Positions 1 to 9,959 are shown, numbered from the stretch's first letter. The stretch is DNA of 64,000 nucleotides from a virus (IMGVR_UViG_3300037067_026010:32001-96000), one strand, 5' to 3'. Notes: generated from the sequence alone by a model not told the origin. Numbers and translations: made by a program.

Positions 1-766
1 CCCACGGGTACGGCGTCCAACCCTCCAGATCGCAGCACTCATCCTGGTCGTTAAGACTTTCCCGCTCGTATCCCGACGTCCAGAATTGCAAATTGTAGGC
101 GGCAATTCGCAGTAAATCGTCGTGGTAGAATGCCGTGATATTACAGCCCTCACCCGTGCCAAGCATGGCCATGAACGGGTCCAGGTAGATGCGCAGTCCC
201 GTTTCCGTTATAGCCCCCCACTCTCCGACAGTCGTGCCGTCGAAGGGCCGGCCCGCCAGCAGGTCGGGAATATAGCCGTTGGCGTTCATGCGCAGAGGAA
301 GCTTATGTGCTTCGTCAACGCGGTTGCGGCTGGCTTGGCAGATTACGTCGGCTAGGGCATAGTCACCAGTGCAGAATTGCGGCGACGGCAACACGCCTAA
401 GATGATGCCGTACTGATACTGCTGATGTACGAGGGCCACGACGGTCGTACCCGGCTGCAGCGTCCGTAGATCCCGTGTGCCGAAAAGAGAGTGGCTGGTC
501 GTAGAAAGCAGCGTGCACGGTATGACGTGCTGGCCCTTTTCGAACTGTACGCGGTAGACGTGCGCGATGGCACAGCTGTCGGTGATCGTGCCGACGAGCG
601 TTCTGGCTGTTTTATCGTGAGCGTGCAGCCATGCCGAGGTTTGGCTTTGAGGGTCCGATTTGAAAGCGTTCTGCGTCGGATCGTCCTGGACGTAATGCGA
701 CCGCAACTGCTCGCGGCGCAGTGCCATGCCGACGACGTCCTGCGGCTGTTGCACTTTGATGGACAT
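1..766 (-). CDS. Putative baseplate spike/hub protein (gpV/gp5-like OB fold), truncated by the window edge
   Basis: Not in the ORF track. My translation from ATG 766 stays open to position 1 (MSIKVQQPQD...TLVGTITDSCAIAHVYRVQFEKGQHVIPCTLL...FGTRDLRTLQPGTTVVALVHQQYQYGIILGVLP...), an OB-fold-like pattern. It lies directly after the tail tube gene. Confidence 0.6.
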   Translation of the reverse strand, partial: MSIKVQQPQDVVGMALRREQLRSHYVQDDPTQNAFKSDPQSQTSAWLHAHDKTARTLVGTITDSCAIAHVYRVQFEKGQHVIPCTLLSTTSHSLFGTRDLRTLQPGTTVVALVHQQYQYGIILGVLPSPQFCTGDYALADVICQASRNRVDEAHKLPLRMNANGYIPDLLAGRPFDGTTVGEWGAITETGLRIYLDPFMAMLGTGEGCNITAFYHDDLLRIAAYNLQFWTSGYERESLNDQDECCDLEGWTPYPW

Positions 767-787
767 AGCAACCTTAGTTCAAGGCGC

Positions 788-837
788 AAAAACATGGGCG
801 GCGGCCCGCCGCCCCGGCGACTCCGGCTGGAGTCGCC
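788..837 (-). terminator. Tandem GC-rich hairpins after the tail tube gene, probable terminator/attenuator
   Basis: GGCGACTCC/GGAGTCGCC (816-837) and GGGCGGCGG/CCGCCGCCC (796-814), followed on the minus strand by ATGTTTTTG. Confidence 0.55.
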
Positions 838-853
838 CAATAGGCACTGCTGG

Positions 854-1300
854 CTACTGCACGTTTAAATTAACGTAAATGAATTGGAGTTGTTCGTGGA
901 TGACGATATCCTGGGCAGCCACGGTTTGTGCGATCGTCGTCAACACGACGCCGCTGAGCGTATAGGTAGAACCTTGGAAGGTACTGCCTTGGCAACCGCC
1001 GCTCGCTTTGAACGTTAAATTGCTTTTATTGCAAATATCGCCGTAGCGCTGCAACAATGCCGTGGTCGCTTGGGACGGCCCAACAATGCGAGACACGCCC
1101 GCATTGCCGGAGGCGCGGCCACCGACGAAATACACGGCGGCGGAACCGATCTCGTAAAGCGTGGTAACCTGCTGCGTGTAATTGAATTGAATATTCTGCA
1201 GTAGCAGGCCTTTCGCGTCGTACCCGGCAAACTGGACGCTTACCTTGTCCGCGCGGAAGGAGCCTTGGAGCTGCTGCTCGACGCCAAAAATATTGGCCAT
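854..1300 (-). CDS. Tail tube protein
   Basis: 148 aa with an LQNIQFNYTQQVTTLYEIGS...GRASG pattern typical of myophage tube proteins; immediately downstream of the sheath; GGAGG RBS. Confidence 0.75.
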   Translation of the reverse strand: MANIFGVEQQLQGSFRADKVSVQFAGYDAKGLLLQNIQFNYTQQVTTLYEIGSAAVYFVGGRASGNAGVSRIVGPSQATTALLQRYGDICNKSNLTFKASGGCQGSTFQGSTYTLSGVVLTTIAQTVAAQDIVIHEQLQFIYVNLNVQ

Positions 1301-1353
1301 GTGCGTTTAACCTCCGTGTCAAACCGCCCTTACGGGCTTGATGGTTGTAAGTT

Positions 1354-1388
1354 GCAAACGCCTGCCCACAGTGGGGCAGGGCGTTTGC
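1354..1388. other. Intergenic hairpin between sheath and tube genes
   Basis: GCAAACGCCTGCCCA-CAG-TGGGGCAGGGCGTTTGC with no U-tract; more likely an mRNA-stabilising/processing hairpin than a terminator. Confidence 0.5.
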
Positions 1389-1435
1389 GCGAGATTCTAA
1401 ACAAAAACAGTCCCACAGCGGGTTGTCATATTACC

Positions 1436-4303
1436 TCAAATGACCAAATGTAATTCTATGTGATTTAAGGGCGCCGGCACGGTCAAGTTCAGCACCACAT
1501 AAATCCGGTCCCGCAACAAATCGTGAATCTTGATCTGGGCAATCGAGCCGTCGATCAGTTGCGACCCCAACTGTGCCGTGGTGCCGTTGGTCTTGAGCGT
1601 GTCGATAATGGTGTTAATCTCGTGCTCGAGGAGATTGACCATGGACGGCGTGGCATTGCAACGTCCGATGTACGGGCGCAACAAGTTGAGGAAGACGTAG
1701 GAAATGGAGTCTACGTTGCGCCGGATCATCTCTTCGCGACGATTCAGATCCGTTACGTCCGTAGTTAGGGCGTGACGTGTGTACGGCGTACCGTTGTTAT
1801 CCGTTGTGCAAATCCATACGCCGCCATCCGTAAGGTCGTTCAACTGGCTGTTGCTGAAGAACTGCCGTGTACGAGCAAAATCGTCGAAACCGGCGACCTC
1901 AACGTTCGTAAGCGGCTGATGCGGCAACACGCCGGAAACGAGGCCGGCGAGCGCGGCGGTAAGGAAGTACCCTTCTTGGGTTACGCCGGCTGTACCGACG
2001 TAATCGGGCCAAACCATGCAGACACGCGAGCTATTGAACGTCTGTGCTTGCGACTGCAGATCGTCAACGACCTCGGCCTTGGTCAGCGTTCGCCAGATTT
2101 CGACCTTTTGGGCGCTATTTACTGCCGCCCCGTAGTCCTCGAGAAGCAGCAAGGTATTGTTGGAGAGTACGCTGTCCACGGTGAATTCGCTGTAGGATGC
2201 CGTACCCCAGGCGTCGATCGTGAAAATGAATCGAACGATGTCGCCCGCGCGCACGCCGTAAGTGATAAACCCGGCATTACTGCCGGCACTCAGCAAGGTG
2301 TACTGGATGCTGGTCGCGTCGGGATTATCCTCGAGCGTGGCCAGGACGACTTCGCCGTCTGTGGACGTCGGATGCAGCAATTGCTGCGCTGCCGTGGACT
2401 GGCCGACGATTAGTTTGCTGCTGGCCGCCTGCAACGCACCGAACATCGCTTTCCAGTTGCCCGCTTCCGGCGAGGATTCCGTGGCGACATGCGCAGCAAA
2501 CAAGTTCAGCACCTCGGTGTCGAACGTCAGGGGTACGAAATTGTACATGTCATTGCGCCCGTCCACGCGTTCGATAACGTCCTGCCAGCTGTCCAAATCG
2601 TCCGGATCGGCTACTGCCGTATATTTGATTGCAGTGCCGTTTGCATTTTGCAGCGCGCGGAAGATGCCCCATTTTAACGGATTCTCCGGGTCCAATGGGC
2701 CCGGGACGTCATCCAGACTGGCCACGTCTTCGATGGTGTAAACCGCGTCGGCTTTGGTCGGCAACCACTCTCGGTACTCGATATACACGTCGCCGCCGAG
2801 CACGGGCATGGCCAAAGGTACGCTGCTGTCCGTATAGGATGCGTCATATGCCGTAATACCCGCCTTGGACACCAACTGCGTCGTTTCCTTTTCGTAATTG
2901 ACATTGGGCGGGTCGCTGAGCCGGTTTTCGGTGACCTCGATATCTTTGCGGATATACAAATCCAGATCGAGATCGCTGACGCTGCGCATGGCCGTGGGTA
3001 AATCGTCCTGCAGAATCAGCGTACTGACACGCCCGGTTCCCTGCCCGGTAACGTGCACGTAAAACTGATCGCCGTACCGTAATCCCGTGAGAATGTCTGA
3101 GAGACTGATCGAAGCTTGTTCGTCGGTCATGTCGTATCCGCCGACGCCTACCGGCAAAGTCAGCGGCAACCCGCTGGGTTCGCCTGCGATACTGTCGAGC
3201 TCGCATCCGCCGAAGGAAATGGTCAAACCTTGCGTGCCGATCGGAATTGCCACGGATTGTCCTGTGACAATCGTTGGGCCGGAAGCGTCCAGTCCCTTGG
3301 ATGTCGTAACGGTAATCTCCGGCGATGCCGCCCAGTTGCCGCCTTTGGTCACGCGGACAATGTAGGTATCGTCCGCCGCGCCGGTGTACGTTCCCCCGGC
3401 TTGGCAGCAAGTGCGTTCGTAGGCCTGCAGCACGGACACGGTCCAGATCTGGCCGACTGTCAACTCTTCGTCGACAGCTTGGGTGAAGGTTACGGTAAGT
3501 CCCCGCGTGCCGATGGCTGTGGCAACGCCCCAGCTGCCCGGGGTGACTTCTTCCTGGTTGTCTGCGCCGCTTGCCGTCGTTACGCGCAGCCTGGCAGCTG
3601 CACAACCGACAACGGAAGACGCGGTAACTTCGATCGTATAAACGTCGCTGATATAACCGCTTGGCAAACCGTCGTAAGCGGTGCTGTCCGCGGTCATGGT
3701 GATTCCGTCTTGGGCTATGGCCGGTGCGACGGTGCAGTCTGCGGATTGCGTAGCCGGGTTGTATAGATCCGGTTCGCAATCGTCGACTGTGCCGATGACG
3801 GTTTCAGAAGCGAAACCGGCGACGGTAGTCCAGAGCTCCACTTCCAGGCAGGCGTCGTCCGGATCGCTAATGCCGCGAAGATAAACGACGTCGCCGATGG
3901 CTACATCGCGGTCGTAAAATCCAGCGCTGCGCAGGTAGGCGCCGTTGGTGCGGAAGGCGAGCGTGTCGGACCGTATCCAGTTCTTTTTGTTGGCGACTGG
4001 CGCGATCGTACTGCCGCTGTTGATGGGGTCCGTGAAATAACGCAGCAAAGCGTCATCAATGAAAAGACGTACGCTGTCGAGATCGACAAGACCACCGGCG
4101 GTGCGCCCGGGCCATAGGTAATTGTCGTCGTTCAACGGGTCGTAGGCACCGACGCTTATCGAAATTTTTTCCGTTGCGTCGCTGTAGCGATGCAACATGG
4201 CGTTGGGCCCGGAAATATGGGCGCGTAACGGAGCCGACATCTCCGTCGGAACAATCTGAAAGTCCTGGTAAACCAGTACCTGGGGGGTGACGATCGTGGG
4301 CAT
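1436..4303 (-). CDS. Tail sheath protein (large, with inserted domains)
   Basis: 955 aa; C-terminal sheath signature (RHALTT...RNVDSISYVFLNLLRPYIGRCN...IYVVLNLTVPAPLNHIELHLVI); N-terminal PQVLVYQDF. Confidence 0.85.
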   Translation of the reverse strand: MPTIVTPQVLVYQDFQIVPTEMSAPLRAHISGPNAMLHRYSDATEKISISVGAYDPLNDDNYLWPGRTAGGLVDLDSVRLFIDDALLRYFTDPINSGSTIAPVANKKNWIRSDTLAFRTNGAYLRSAGFYDRDVAIGDVVYLRGISDPDDACLEVELWTTVAGFASETVIGTVDDCEPDLYNPATQSADCTVAPAIAQDGITMTADSTAYDGLPSGYISDVYTIEVTASSVVGCAAARLRVTTASGADNQEEVTPGSWGVATAIGTRGLTVTFTQAVDEELTVGQIWTVSVLQAYERTCCQAGGTYTGAADDTYIVRVTKGGNWAASPEITVTTSKGLDASGPTIVTGQSVAIPIGTQGLTISFGGCELDSIAGEPSGLPLTLPVGVGGYDMTDEQASISLSDILTGLRYGDQFYVHVTGQGTGRVSTLILQDDLPTAMRSVSDLDLDLYIRKDIEVTENRLSDPPNVNYEKETTQLVSKAGITAYDASYTDSSVPLAMPVLGGDVYIEYREWLPTKADAVYTIEDVASLDDVPGPLDPENPLKWGIFRALQNANGTAIKYTAVADPDDLDSWQDVIERVDGRNDMYNFVPLTFDTEVLNLFAAHVATESSPEAGNWKAMFGALQAASSKLIVGQSTAAQQLLHPTSTDGEVVLATLEDNPDATSIQYTLLSAGSNAGFITYGVRAGDIVRFIFTIDAWGTASYSEFTVDSVLSNNTLLLLEDYGAAVNSAQKVEIWRTLTKAEVVDDLQSQAQTFNSSRVCMVWPDYVGTAGVTQEGYFLTAALAGLVSGVLPHQPLTNVEVAGFDDFARTRQFFSNSQLNDLTDGGVWICTTDNNGTPYTRHALTTDVTDLNRREEMIRRNVDSISYVFLNLLRPYIGRCNATPSMVNLLEHEINTIIDTLKTNGTTAQLGSQLIDGSIAQIKIHDLLRDRIYVVLNLTVPAPLNHIELHLVI

Positions 4304-4347
4304 CCTTGCGGCCTCCTATCCGGGTCCTCGGTGAGGGTGTAATTCCT

Positions 4348-5052
4348 TTACAAGATCAAATCCGCCACCTGGAAACGTACTTGTTTTAATCGTGGAGCTT
4401 CAATCGTTAAATTCCATCGCTCCTCGGCCAAGTATTCACAGCTGACGGGTACGACGTAATGTTCCGTCGCTTCTTGGACGGCCGCTAACTCGCCGATCGC
4501 CGTTAACTGAAAACGATGCAGCGAGAGTTGGTCCGCCAAAAGCGGCCCGAAGAACACCAGGAGTTTGGCAACTTCCGTGGCCAACACTTGGGTCTCGGCA
4601 CCCTGTTTACCCAGGGCAAAAATCGTGTGCGTACCGTGCCAGACAGATAAAAACCCTTGCGTTCCGGTACATGCGTCAACACCTGCCTGGTTTCCGATCG
4701 TCACCCGTTCGTGCCTCCAGCCGCCTTCTTTGAGAAGTAGGGCCGGACGCGCTTCCGTAAGTTCCGGACGCCAACGCGCGAGACTTTCGATATACAAACC
4801 CGTGTTGGCTTCCGATGTCCAGGCGCCTTCTTGTTGCAAGTAAGAACGCAAGGACGCGCTTCGAACATTCTCCGCATTACAAAAATGTTGCACCAATATC
4901 TGCCGTAGCGCCCCGGTCATTATCAGCGGCGTCTGTCCGATCGAACACAACGCACTTAGCTTGTCGAAACGTATTTCCGGTACGCTTCCATTCGGGTAAA
5001 GCGCCTCCACTTCTTCGGGGTTCGCGGCAGGCGTTGGACAAGCTGTAGTCAC
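4348..5052 (-). CDS. Putative tail terminator/completion protein
   Basis: 234 aa between the neck genes and the sheath; the call rests on synteny. Confidence 0.5.
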   Translation of the reverse strand: MTTACPTPAANPEEVEALYPNGSVPEIRFDKLSALCSIGQTPLIMTGALRQILVQHFCNAENVRSASLRSYLQQEGAWTSEANTGLYIESLARWRPELTEARPALLLKEGGWRHERVTIGNQAGVDACTGTQGFLSVWHGTHTIFALGKQGAETQVLATEVAKLLVFFGPLLADQLSLHRFQLTAIGELAAVQEATEHYVVPVSCEYLAEERWNLTIEAPRLKQVRFQVADLIL

Positions 5053-5064
5053 GCTAATTGTGCC

Positions 5065-5214
5065 TCAAATGGGTGTACGTAGGCGGAATATTCTTGGTGG
5101 CTTATAGCGGTACAGGCTTAATTTCGGTAGCAGCCCGGATCGTACCTTTTCGGCCCAGTCCGTGTTGGGCGGCATGGGTCGTTCGTCCGGCGGCTTGTTT
5201 ACGGCTTGTGTCAT
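5065..5214 (-). CDS. Small hypothetical protein (49 aa)
   Basis: My translation MTQAVNKPPDERPMPPNTDWAEKVRSGLLPKLSLYRYKPPRIFRLRTPI fills the intergenic gap; below the ORF-track cutoff. Confidence 0.3.
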   Translation of the reverse strand: MTQAVNKPPDERPMPPNTDWAEKVRSGLLPKLSLYRYKPPRIFRLRTPI

Positions 5215-5254
5215 TTATATTCCAAGATAGGCCGATTATCCTCAAAACGCAATC

Positions 5255-6514
5255 TCAAAAGATGCCGAAGTCCGGTATGGTTGTCCATGCCGGAGCAACC
5301 GCAGGCGGCGTGGCCACGAGCGGCTGATCGGTATTTTCGACTGAAACGGTTTCTGTAACCGGCTCCACAACGGTTATATCCACCACGTCAGGGCCGTACT
5401 CTCCCTGCTTTTCGTAGACCAGTACATATTCGCCAGGGTCCAGACCCATGGCCTCCGCCCAGGTGCCATTACCGACGGTGTGAGTTGCTGCAACGATCGC
5501 AGAGGCGTCCGGTGCGCCTAGGGCTTGATCGTAGTCCTCTTTCCGGTAAGCAGTTACGGTGGCGCCGACGATCGGGCACGGACACTCTCCGGTATCGTCG
5601 ATATAAGCCAGCGCGTTTTCGCCGCCGTAGTCGTGGTTTACGTAAATGCTGCCGCATCCAGCCAGGGACAGATATTCGGTCATGCGGGCTTGTGAAATCT
5701 GCAGGCCCTTGACCGGCAGCCTGTAAATCACATCCGTGAATTCGGCCAGGCGCAAGGTTACGTCCAGGACGAGCGGCACACTGCGGATACCGGCTTTTTC
5801 TTCCACGGAGTCCACGAACCACCGCTCGTCGGAATCCGCGTCGACGAAGATGTCTTCTTTGTTCAGCATGGGAAATGCCGTAACTCGGCAATGCTGTACG
5901 ACCTCACGGCTCTGCCCCGGCGGCGCAGCGCCATTACGGCGCTCCGTGTGCGAAGCACTGCCGGTTTCGAGCATCCAGGTAAAGGCCAGCGGAGGATGGT
6001 ATCCCGTACTGAAGCCGGTTCCGAAACATTCCGGGCAGCGGCTGTTGGTAATTTCCTCGGTCTGCGGGTCCAGGCAGTTTTGGCAACGCTGCCCGTACCG
6101 CAATCGCTTTAACAGGTACCCGCTCTTAGCCGCTTGCTTCCCTAAGAGCAATTCCTTGCGCACAATCTCGCGGGCGAGTATCCAATCCTTGTCCGACAGG
6201 CTGCCGAAACAGTAAATCGGCTCTGACACGTATTGCTGGACGGGCGTCGTTAGGACGACGCGGTAAAATACGTCGAGTGTTTTACCGTAGAGCCGTTTCT
6301 GCGTATCCACGGCCATCAAGCCATTGACCACAGGATCAGCGACATTTTCCCAGTCGGCTGCCGTAGAGGCGTTAGTGCGGCCGGCCTGGAGCTGAAAAGT
6401 GTACGGGCCGGGGTCGAGCAGATGCTCGGCTATCTCCCACCACACCTGCGTACCGCCTTCCACGACATGGTTGACGCGTAACCGGCGAAAAGGGAAGGAG
6501 GAGGTGTTGGGCAT
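5255..6514 (-). CDS. Putative neck/head-closure protein with CxxC...CxxCxGxG motif
   Basis: RCQNCLDPQTEEITNSRCPECFGTGF resembles myophage neck proteins; located between adaptor and sheath. Confidence 0.6.
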   Translation of the reverse strand: MPNTSSFPFRRLRVNHVVEGGTQVWWEIAEHLLDPGPYTFQLQAGRTNASTAADWENVADPVVNGLMAVDTQKRLYGKTLDVFYRVVLTTPVQQYVSEPIYCFGSLSDKDWILAREIVRKELLLGKQAAKSGYLLKRLRYGQRCQNCLDPQTEEITNSRCPECFGTGFSTGYHPPLAFTWMLETGSASHTERRNGAAPPGQSREVVQHCRVTAFPMLNKEDIFVDADSDERWFVDSVEEKAGIRSVPLVLDVTLRLAEFTDVIYRLPVKGLQISQARMTEYLSLAGCGSIYVNHDYGGENALAYIDDTGECPCPIVGATVTAYRKEDYDQALGAPDASAIVAATHTVGNGTWAEAMGLDPGEYVLVYEKQGEYGPDVVDITVVEPVTETVSVENTDQPLVATPPAVAPAWTTIPDFGIF

Positions 6515-6534
6515 GGGTGTTTGTCGGATAAAAG

Positions 6535-6550
6535 CGGTGCTTAATTACCG
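6535..6550 (-). repeat. 16-bp quasi-palindrome CGGTAATTAAGCACCG, copy 1 (reverse orientation)
   Basis: Plus strand reads cggtgcttaattaccg; about 20 bp upstream of the 6514 start. Confidence 0.9.
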
Positions 6551-6559
6551 CGGCTTGCT

Positions 6560-7654
6560 TTATTTGCACACATATCCACCACTATTTCTTTGCGCATAGC
6601 CGTACAGCGCGTATCCGCTGCCGATACCGCCCCAGCATGCCTCCAGATTCAATTCAGCCTTCTTGCGGCGTACGAATTCCGTGTAGGTGCTCCACCGGCG
6701 TGCAGCAGCGGCTTCGTAGTTCTGCTCCTTGTCCTGATCGTCGATATTAACCCCAGCGGCGCTGTACTGCAGCCGGTTCGCCCGGAACTGCTCCGCTGCC
6801 ATCATGAAGAGTTGCCCGCAGATCCCCTCCAGCCAGTGGTAGCGGTAGGGCATAGTCTGCGAAGTGTGTTGTACGATGTCCGGAGGTATTTCATTCCAAT
6901 AGGCCAGGGCATTTACGGCGGCAGACGCGATTTCAGCGTCGTCGAATTTTATATTGTCCAACAAGAAATTTTCGTTTCCGTCGCTGTCGCGCAGGTGCAA
7001 GCGCACTTCTGCAATCGACGGCGGCCCGTGCGGCCCGCGCCGCGACCAGAGGCTTCGATCGATATACAGGTAAAAAATGTTCGAAAAAAGAATATATTCC
7101 GCGGCTTCTGCATCGTCGTCGTTGACCAGCGCCATCTCCGCGAAATAAACGCCAGGCTGATTCGTCGCCTCCGCCGGTATGGTTGCGGAAACGACGCCAT
7201 TTGGCGCGTCGATGATCGTCGCTGGAAACTCATGCCTGCTCATGTCCACCAACTCGTTATACCCGACTGCCAAATACTCATGAATGCGCAATTTCAGGTG
7301 GTACGGCGCCTGGCAGGCCTGCCCGGCATTTGGATCTTCCTCCGGCAAGGTCTCGCCGTCCGGCGTCAAAAGGATTTGTTCCGAATCCAATTCCGTGGCA
7401 CACTCCAGACAGTCCGTCAGATCCACCGGATTGCCGGTGCGGTCCTGCATCGTCCAGCGAATTACGGCTTGCTGGCCGCTGCGCACCGTAATGGCCCGCA
7501 TACGGCTCAAGATCGGACGTTTATTTACTGTGGACAACGGCGCCGTTAGAATGTTTTGGCCGCCGCAGAACTGCGGGGTCAAACGCACCGGTTTTGGACT
7601 TGGCGCGTCGCATGGCGACTGCGCGGTAAGTGTCGGGGTAGCATTTACGGCCAT
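6560..7654 (-). CDS. Putative head-tail adaptor/neck protein with N-terminal Ig/BppU-like domain
   Basis: EVRLHLRDSDGNENFLLDNIKFDDAEIASA...GVNIDD resembles head-tail adaptor proteins; AAGGAG RBS. Confidence 0.6.
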   Translation of the reverse strand: MAVNATPTLTAQSPCDAPSPKPVRLTPQFCGGQNILTAPLSTVNKRPILSRMRAITVRSGQQAVIRWTMQDRTGNPVDLTDCLECATELDSEQILLTPDGETLPEEDPNAGQACQAPYHLKLRIHEYLAVGYNELVDMSRHEFPATIIDAPNGVVSATIPAEATNQPGVYFAEMALVNDDDAEAAEYILFSNIFYLYIDRSLWSRRGPHGPPSIAEVRLHLRDSDGNENFLLDNIKFDDAEIASAAVNALAYWNEIPPDIVQHTSQTMPYRYHWLEGICGQLFMMAAEQFRANRLQYSAAGVNIDDQDKEQNYEAAAARRWSTYTEFVRRKKAELNLEACWGGIGSGYALYGYAQRNSGGYVCK

Positions 7655-7707
7655 GTTCGTGCTCCTTGCAATAACATTGTATCAGACTGCTGCCCCCCGC
7701 CATAGCT

Positions 7708-7733
7708 AAAAAAAGCCGGGCTTGTAGCCCGGC
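7708..7733 (-). terminator. Rho-independent terminator
   Basis: Minus strand GCCGGGCT-ACA-AGCCCGGC followed by T7. Confidence 0.85.
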
Positions 7734-7752
7734 ACACGCTTTAAATCAGCCG

Positions 7753-8247
7753 CTAACGCCGCACATCTTGTTGCAACCGCAAGATATCGCGAATGCGCAC
7801 GGTCTCCGTTGCGGCCAAGCGTACATACCACCTGGTCAACGGCTGAGCCGCGTCTGCGTCGCGGACGGCATTCAAGCCTAGGCAGACGTGTCCTGGCGAC
7901 CAGGGAAGCTCGGTGTATAGTATATAGTGCACCGCAGGCAGCGTTTGCAGCGCCAGCAGCCAGCCTGGTAAATCTTGCATAGGCAGTTCTTGCCCGTTCA
8001 AGGCGATGCCGGCAAGGCGACCGTCTACAAGGGAAAACTGCAGTACATCGCACGGCCGTAGGCACACGTACAGTAACCCGAGTTTACGCTGCACCAGGCA
8101 CGCGAGCACGAGCGCGACAACTGCACCGAGTAGACTCAGGTAAGACACGTAGCTGGGCCAGTGCGGAGCGCACGACGGCAGCACGGCGGCGGCGATTAAA
8201 AGCACCGCGAAGCTTATCAACGCCAGACATTGTCGCAAAATTTCCAT
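7753..8247 (-). CDS. Hypothetical membrane protein (2 TM)
   Basis: Two hydrophobic helices at the N-terminus; start moved to ATG 8247, which has a GGAG RBS. Confidence 0.6.
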   Translation of the reverse strand: MEILRQCLALISFAVLLIAAAVLPSCAPHWPSYVSYLSLLGAVVALVLACLVQRKLGLLYVCLRPCDVLQFSLVDGRLAGIALNGQELPMQDLPGWLLALQTLPAVHYILYTELPWSPGHVCLGLNAVRDADAAQPLTRWYVRLAATETVRIRDILRLQQDVRR

Positions 8248-8310
8248 GCTATTGCTCCAAATCAGTTGGGAGGCCGAATCCTGGCCTCGACTTATGCACA
8301 AAACGCCCCG

Positions 8311-8511
8311 TCAGTCTTTCTTGCCCGGCGGGCAGCTCGCCAATCCCGCCACGATGCCCACAACGATACTCCATGAGGGCGTGGCAAAGAAAGGCCAACG
8401 AGGTGTCGAGACAAAACAGCTGATAAGATAAAACATGCCGTAAGACCCGAGGCAGGCGGCCGCCGCAGCGACTGCCAAGCGTATCGCGTAGGTAAGAGAA
8501 TAACGACTCAT
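8311..8511 (-). CDS. Small membrane protein
   Basis: 66 aa, two hydrophobic segments, AAGGAG RBS. Confidence 0.6.
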   Translation of the reverse strand: MSRYSLTYAIRLAVAAAAACLGSYGMFYLISCFVSTPRWPFFATPSWSIVVGIVAGLASCPPGKKD

Positions 8512-8547
8512 AACAAAAACTCCTTAGTTAAAAAGTAAGATGATCGC

Positions 8548-8784
8548 CTATTCGTGAAATCTCCCCGATCGCCACTTGGAATAACGTAAACATAACGCCA
8601 AGCGGACGATCACGCACCGGCCACCCGGCCAGAAGAAGGCACGCAACGCCCGGAACCACCACGTACGGGGAACTACCATGTTGCCATTGACCACCGGGTA
8701 TCGCCGTATGAGGATTTCGATAAAAATTTCCGTACAGAGGAGATACGTGCACACTGCCGCCAAAATGTACAGAACGTATATCAT
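8548..8784 (-). CDS. Small membrane protein
   Basis: 78 aa, hydrophobic N-terminus, purine-rich RBS. Confidence 0.5.
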   Translation of the reverse strand: MIYVLYILAAVCTYLLCTEIFIEILIRRYPVVNGNMVVPRTWWFRALRAFFWPGGRCVIVRLALCLRYSKWRSGRFHE

Positions 8785-9031
8785 TTGCCGCTGCCTTTCT
8801 CCGCCCGGACGGTAAAGTTTTGAAGTAACATTTTCTTCAATCCTCGCTGAAGGGGTATAAAATGATTTGTCTCCTTAAAATAACGGATTGCCGTATATAA
8901 ACATCGCCGCGTCGCAGCGGGTTATGCATGGTACACCTCCTTTGTGGTGAATTGGCAACTGTGCCGTTAGATAAATGCGCATCATCTATTCAATATGCCC
9001 GATTTATGCGCATTTTTTACTGAGAAGACCT

Positions 9032-9066
9032 AAAAGAAAAGCGGACCTCTTGCGAGATCCGCTTTT
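9032..9066 (-). terminator. Rho-independent terminator, possibly bidirectional
   Basis: Minus strand GCGGATCTC-GCAA-GAGGTCCGC-TTTTCTTTT; an A-tract flanks the other side. Confidence 0.85.
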
Positions 9067-9120
9067 CCGAGCAACGGTCCTACTGGATAGTCTGGACGCA
9101 GGTATGCTAAGTAGCGCGCG

Positions 9121-9501
9121 CTAGGCAGAGGCAAATACCGAAGATCCTTCTTCGACGCCCCATTCCCAGCTCGGGTCGATGATCCCCAAGACGCCGTTGC
9201 GCAGCGCGGGCACCTTGGAGGGATCGGTTGCGAGCGGATCGTTGAGCACGGGAGGTGGTGTACTGACCACCGTCAACGACGGCGTGCGTTGTCCGGAATC
9301 GCCGGTTAGGGCGCGGGCCAACGCGTTAAACTTGCGCCGGCTGGTGCCTACCGCCAGTTTGGTCAGAAGGTTTCCGGGTTCCGTATAGGCTTCCGCCGCG
9401 CCAAGCCGCCGGCCGTGTACGCCCAGAAAACTGAACGTGCGATCGACTCCGGAGTTATTGACGACGGTCGTATAGAGGTCAGCTGCAGTAGGTGTGGACA
9501 T
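9121..9501 (-). CDS. Hypothetical protein, probably capsid-associated
   Basis: Start ATG 9501 with AGGAG RBS; located in the head cluster. Confidence 0.6.
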   Translation of the reverse strand: MSTPTAADLYTTVVNNSGVDRTFSFLGVHGRRLGAAEAYTEPGNLLTKLAVGTSRRKFNALARALTGDSGQRTPSLTVVSTPPPVLNDPLATDPSKVPALRNGVLGIIDPSWEWGVEEGSSVFASA

Positions 9502-9599
9502 GACTGTCTCCTGATGGACTGGTAATGGGCCGAGACCCAGCATTAGCGGCAATAATGACGGCAACATACTGGGCTAAACCGCTAAAAGGCATTTAATGG

Positions 9600-9959
9600 T
9601 TACGCGGCCGGTTGCGCGGCAGCGAACAAACTCAACACGGCATTCGCCAATTGCGGATCGCTTGCCGCCTCGGTGGCGGCTTGTTTGATCACGGCAGCGT
9701 CGGCAGGCGCCGTTTGGCCGCCGAGTTGCGCTTGCAACTGCGCAGCCGCGGCCTTCAGCAAATTTTTGCTGCTCGGCTGCGCCTGATGGTACGCCGTGCG
9801 CAATTGCTCTGCCATGCCCAACATTTGTCTGGCTTCCTCGGCGTCCGCCGGCTGGATGCCGTAATCCTGGGCAAGCTTCGCAAAGAAACACGGATTGTAA
9901 ACACGCTCCTGGATTGCGGCAAATGCCGTTTCGGGGGCGAGGGGTTGGGTAGCGGGCAT
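9600..9959 (-). CDS. Hypothetical head protein with KxA motifs
   Basis: 119 aa containing LKAAA and IKQAA. Confidence 0.65.
   Translation of the reverse strand: MPATQPLAPETAFAAIQERVYNPCFFAKLAQDYGIQPADAEEARQMLGMAEQLRTAYHQAQPSSKNLLKAAAAQLQAQLGGQTAPADAAVIKQAATEAASDPQLANAVLSLFAAAQPAA

Noticed and set aside
397-840. 147-aa minus-strand ORF in the track
   Set aside because: Wrong frame; the credible gene is the open frame from 766 to the window edge.
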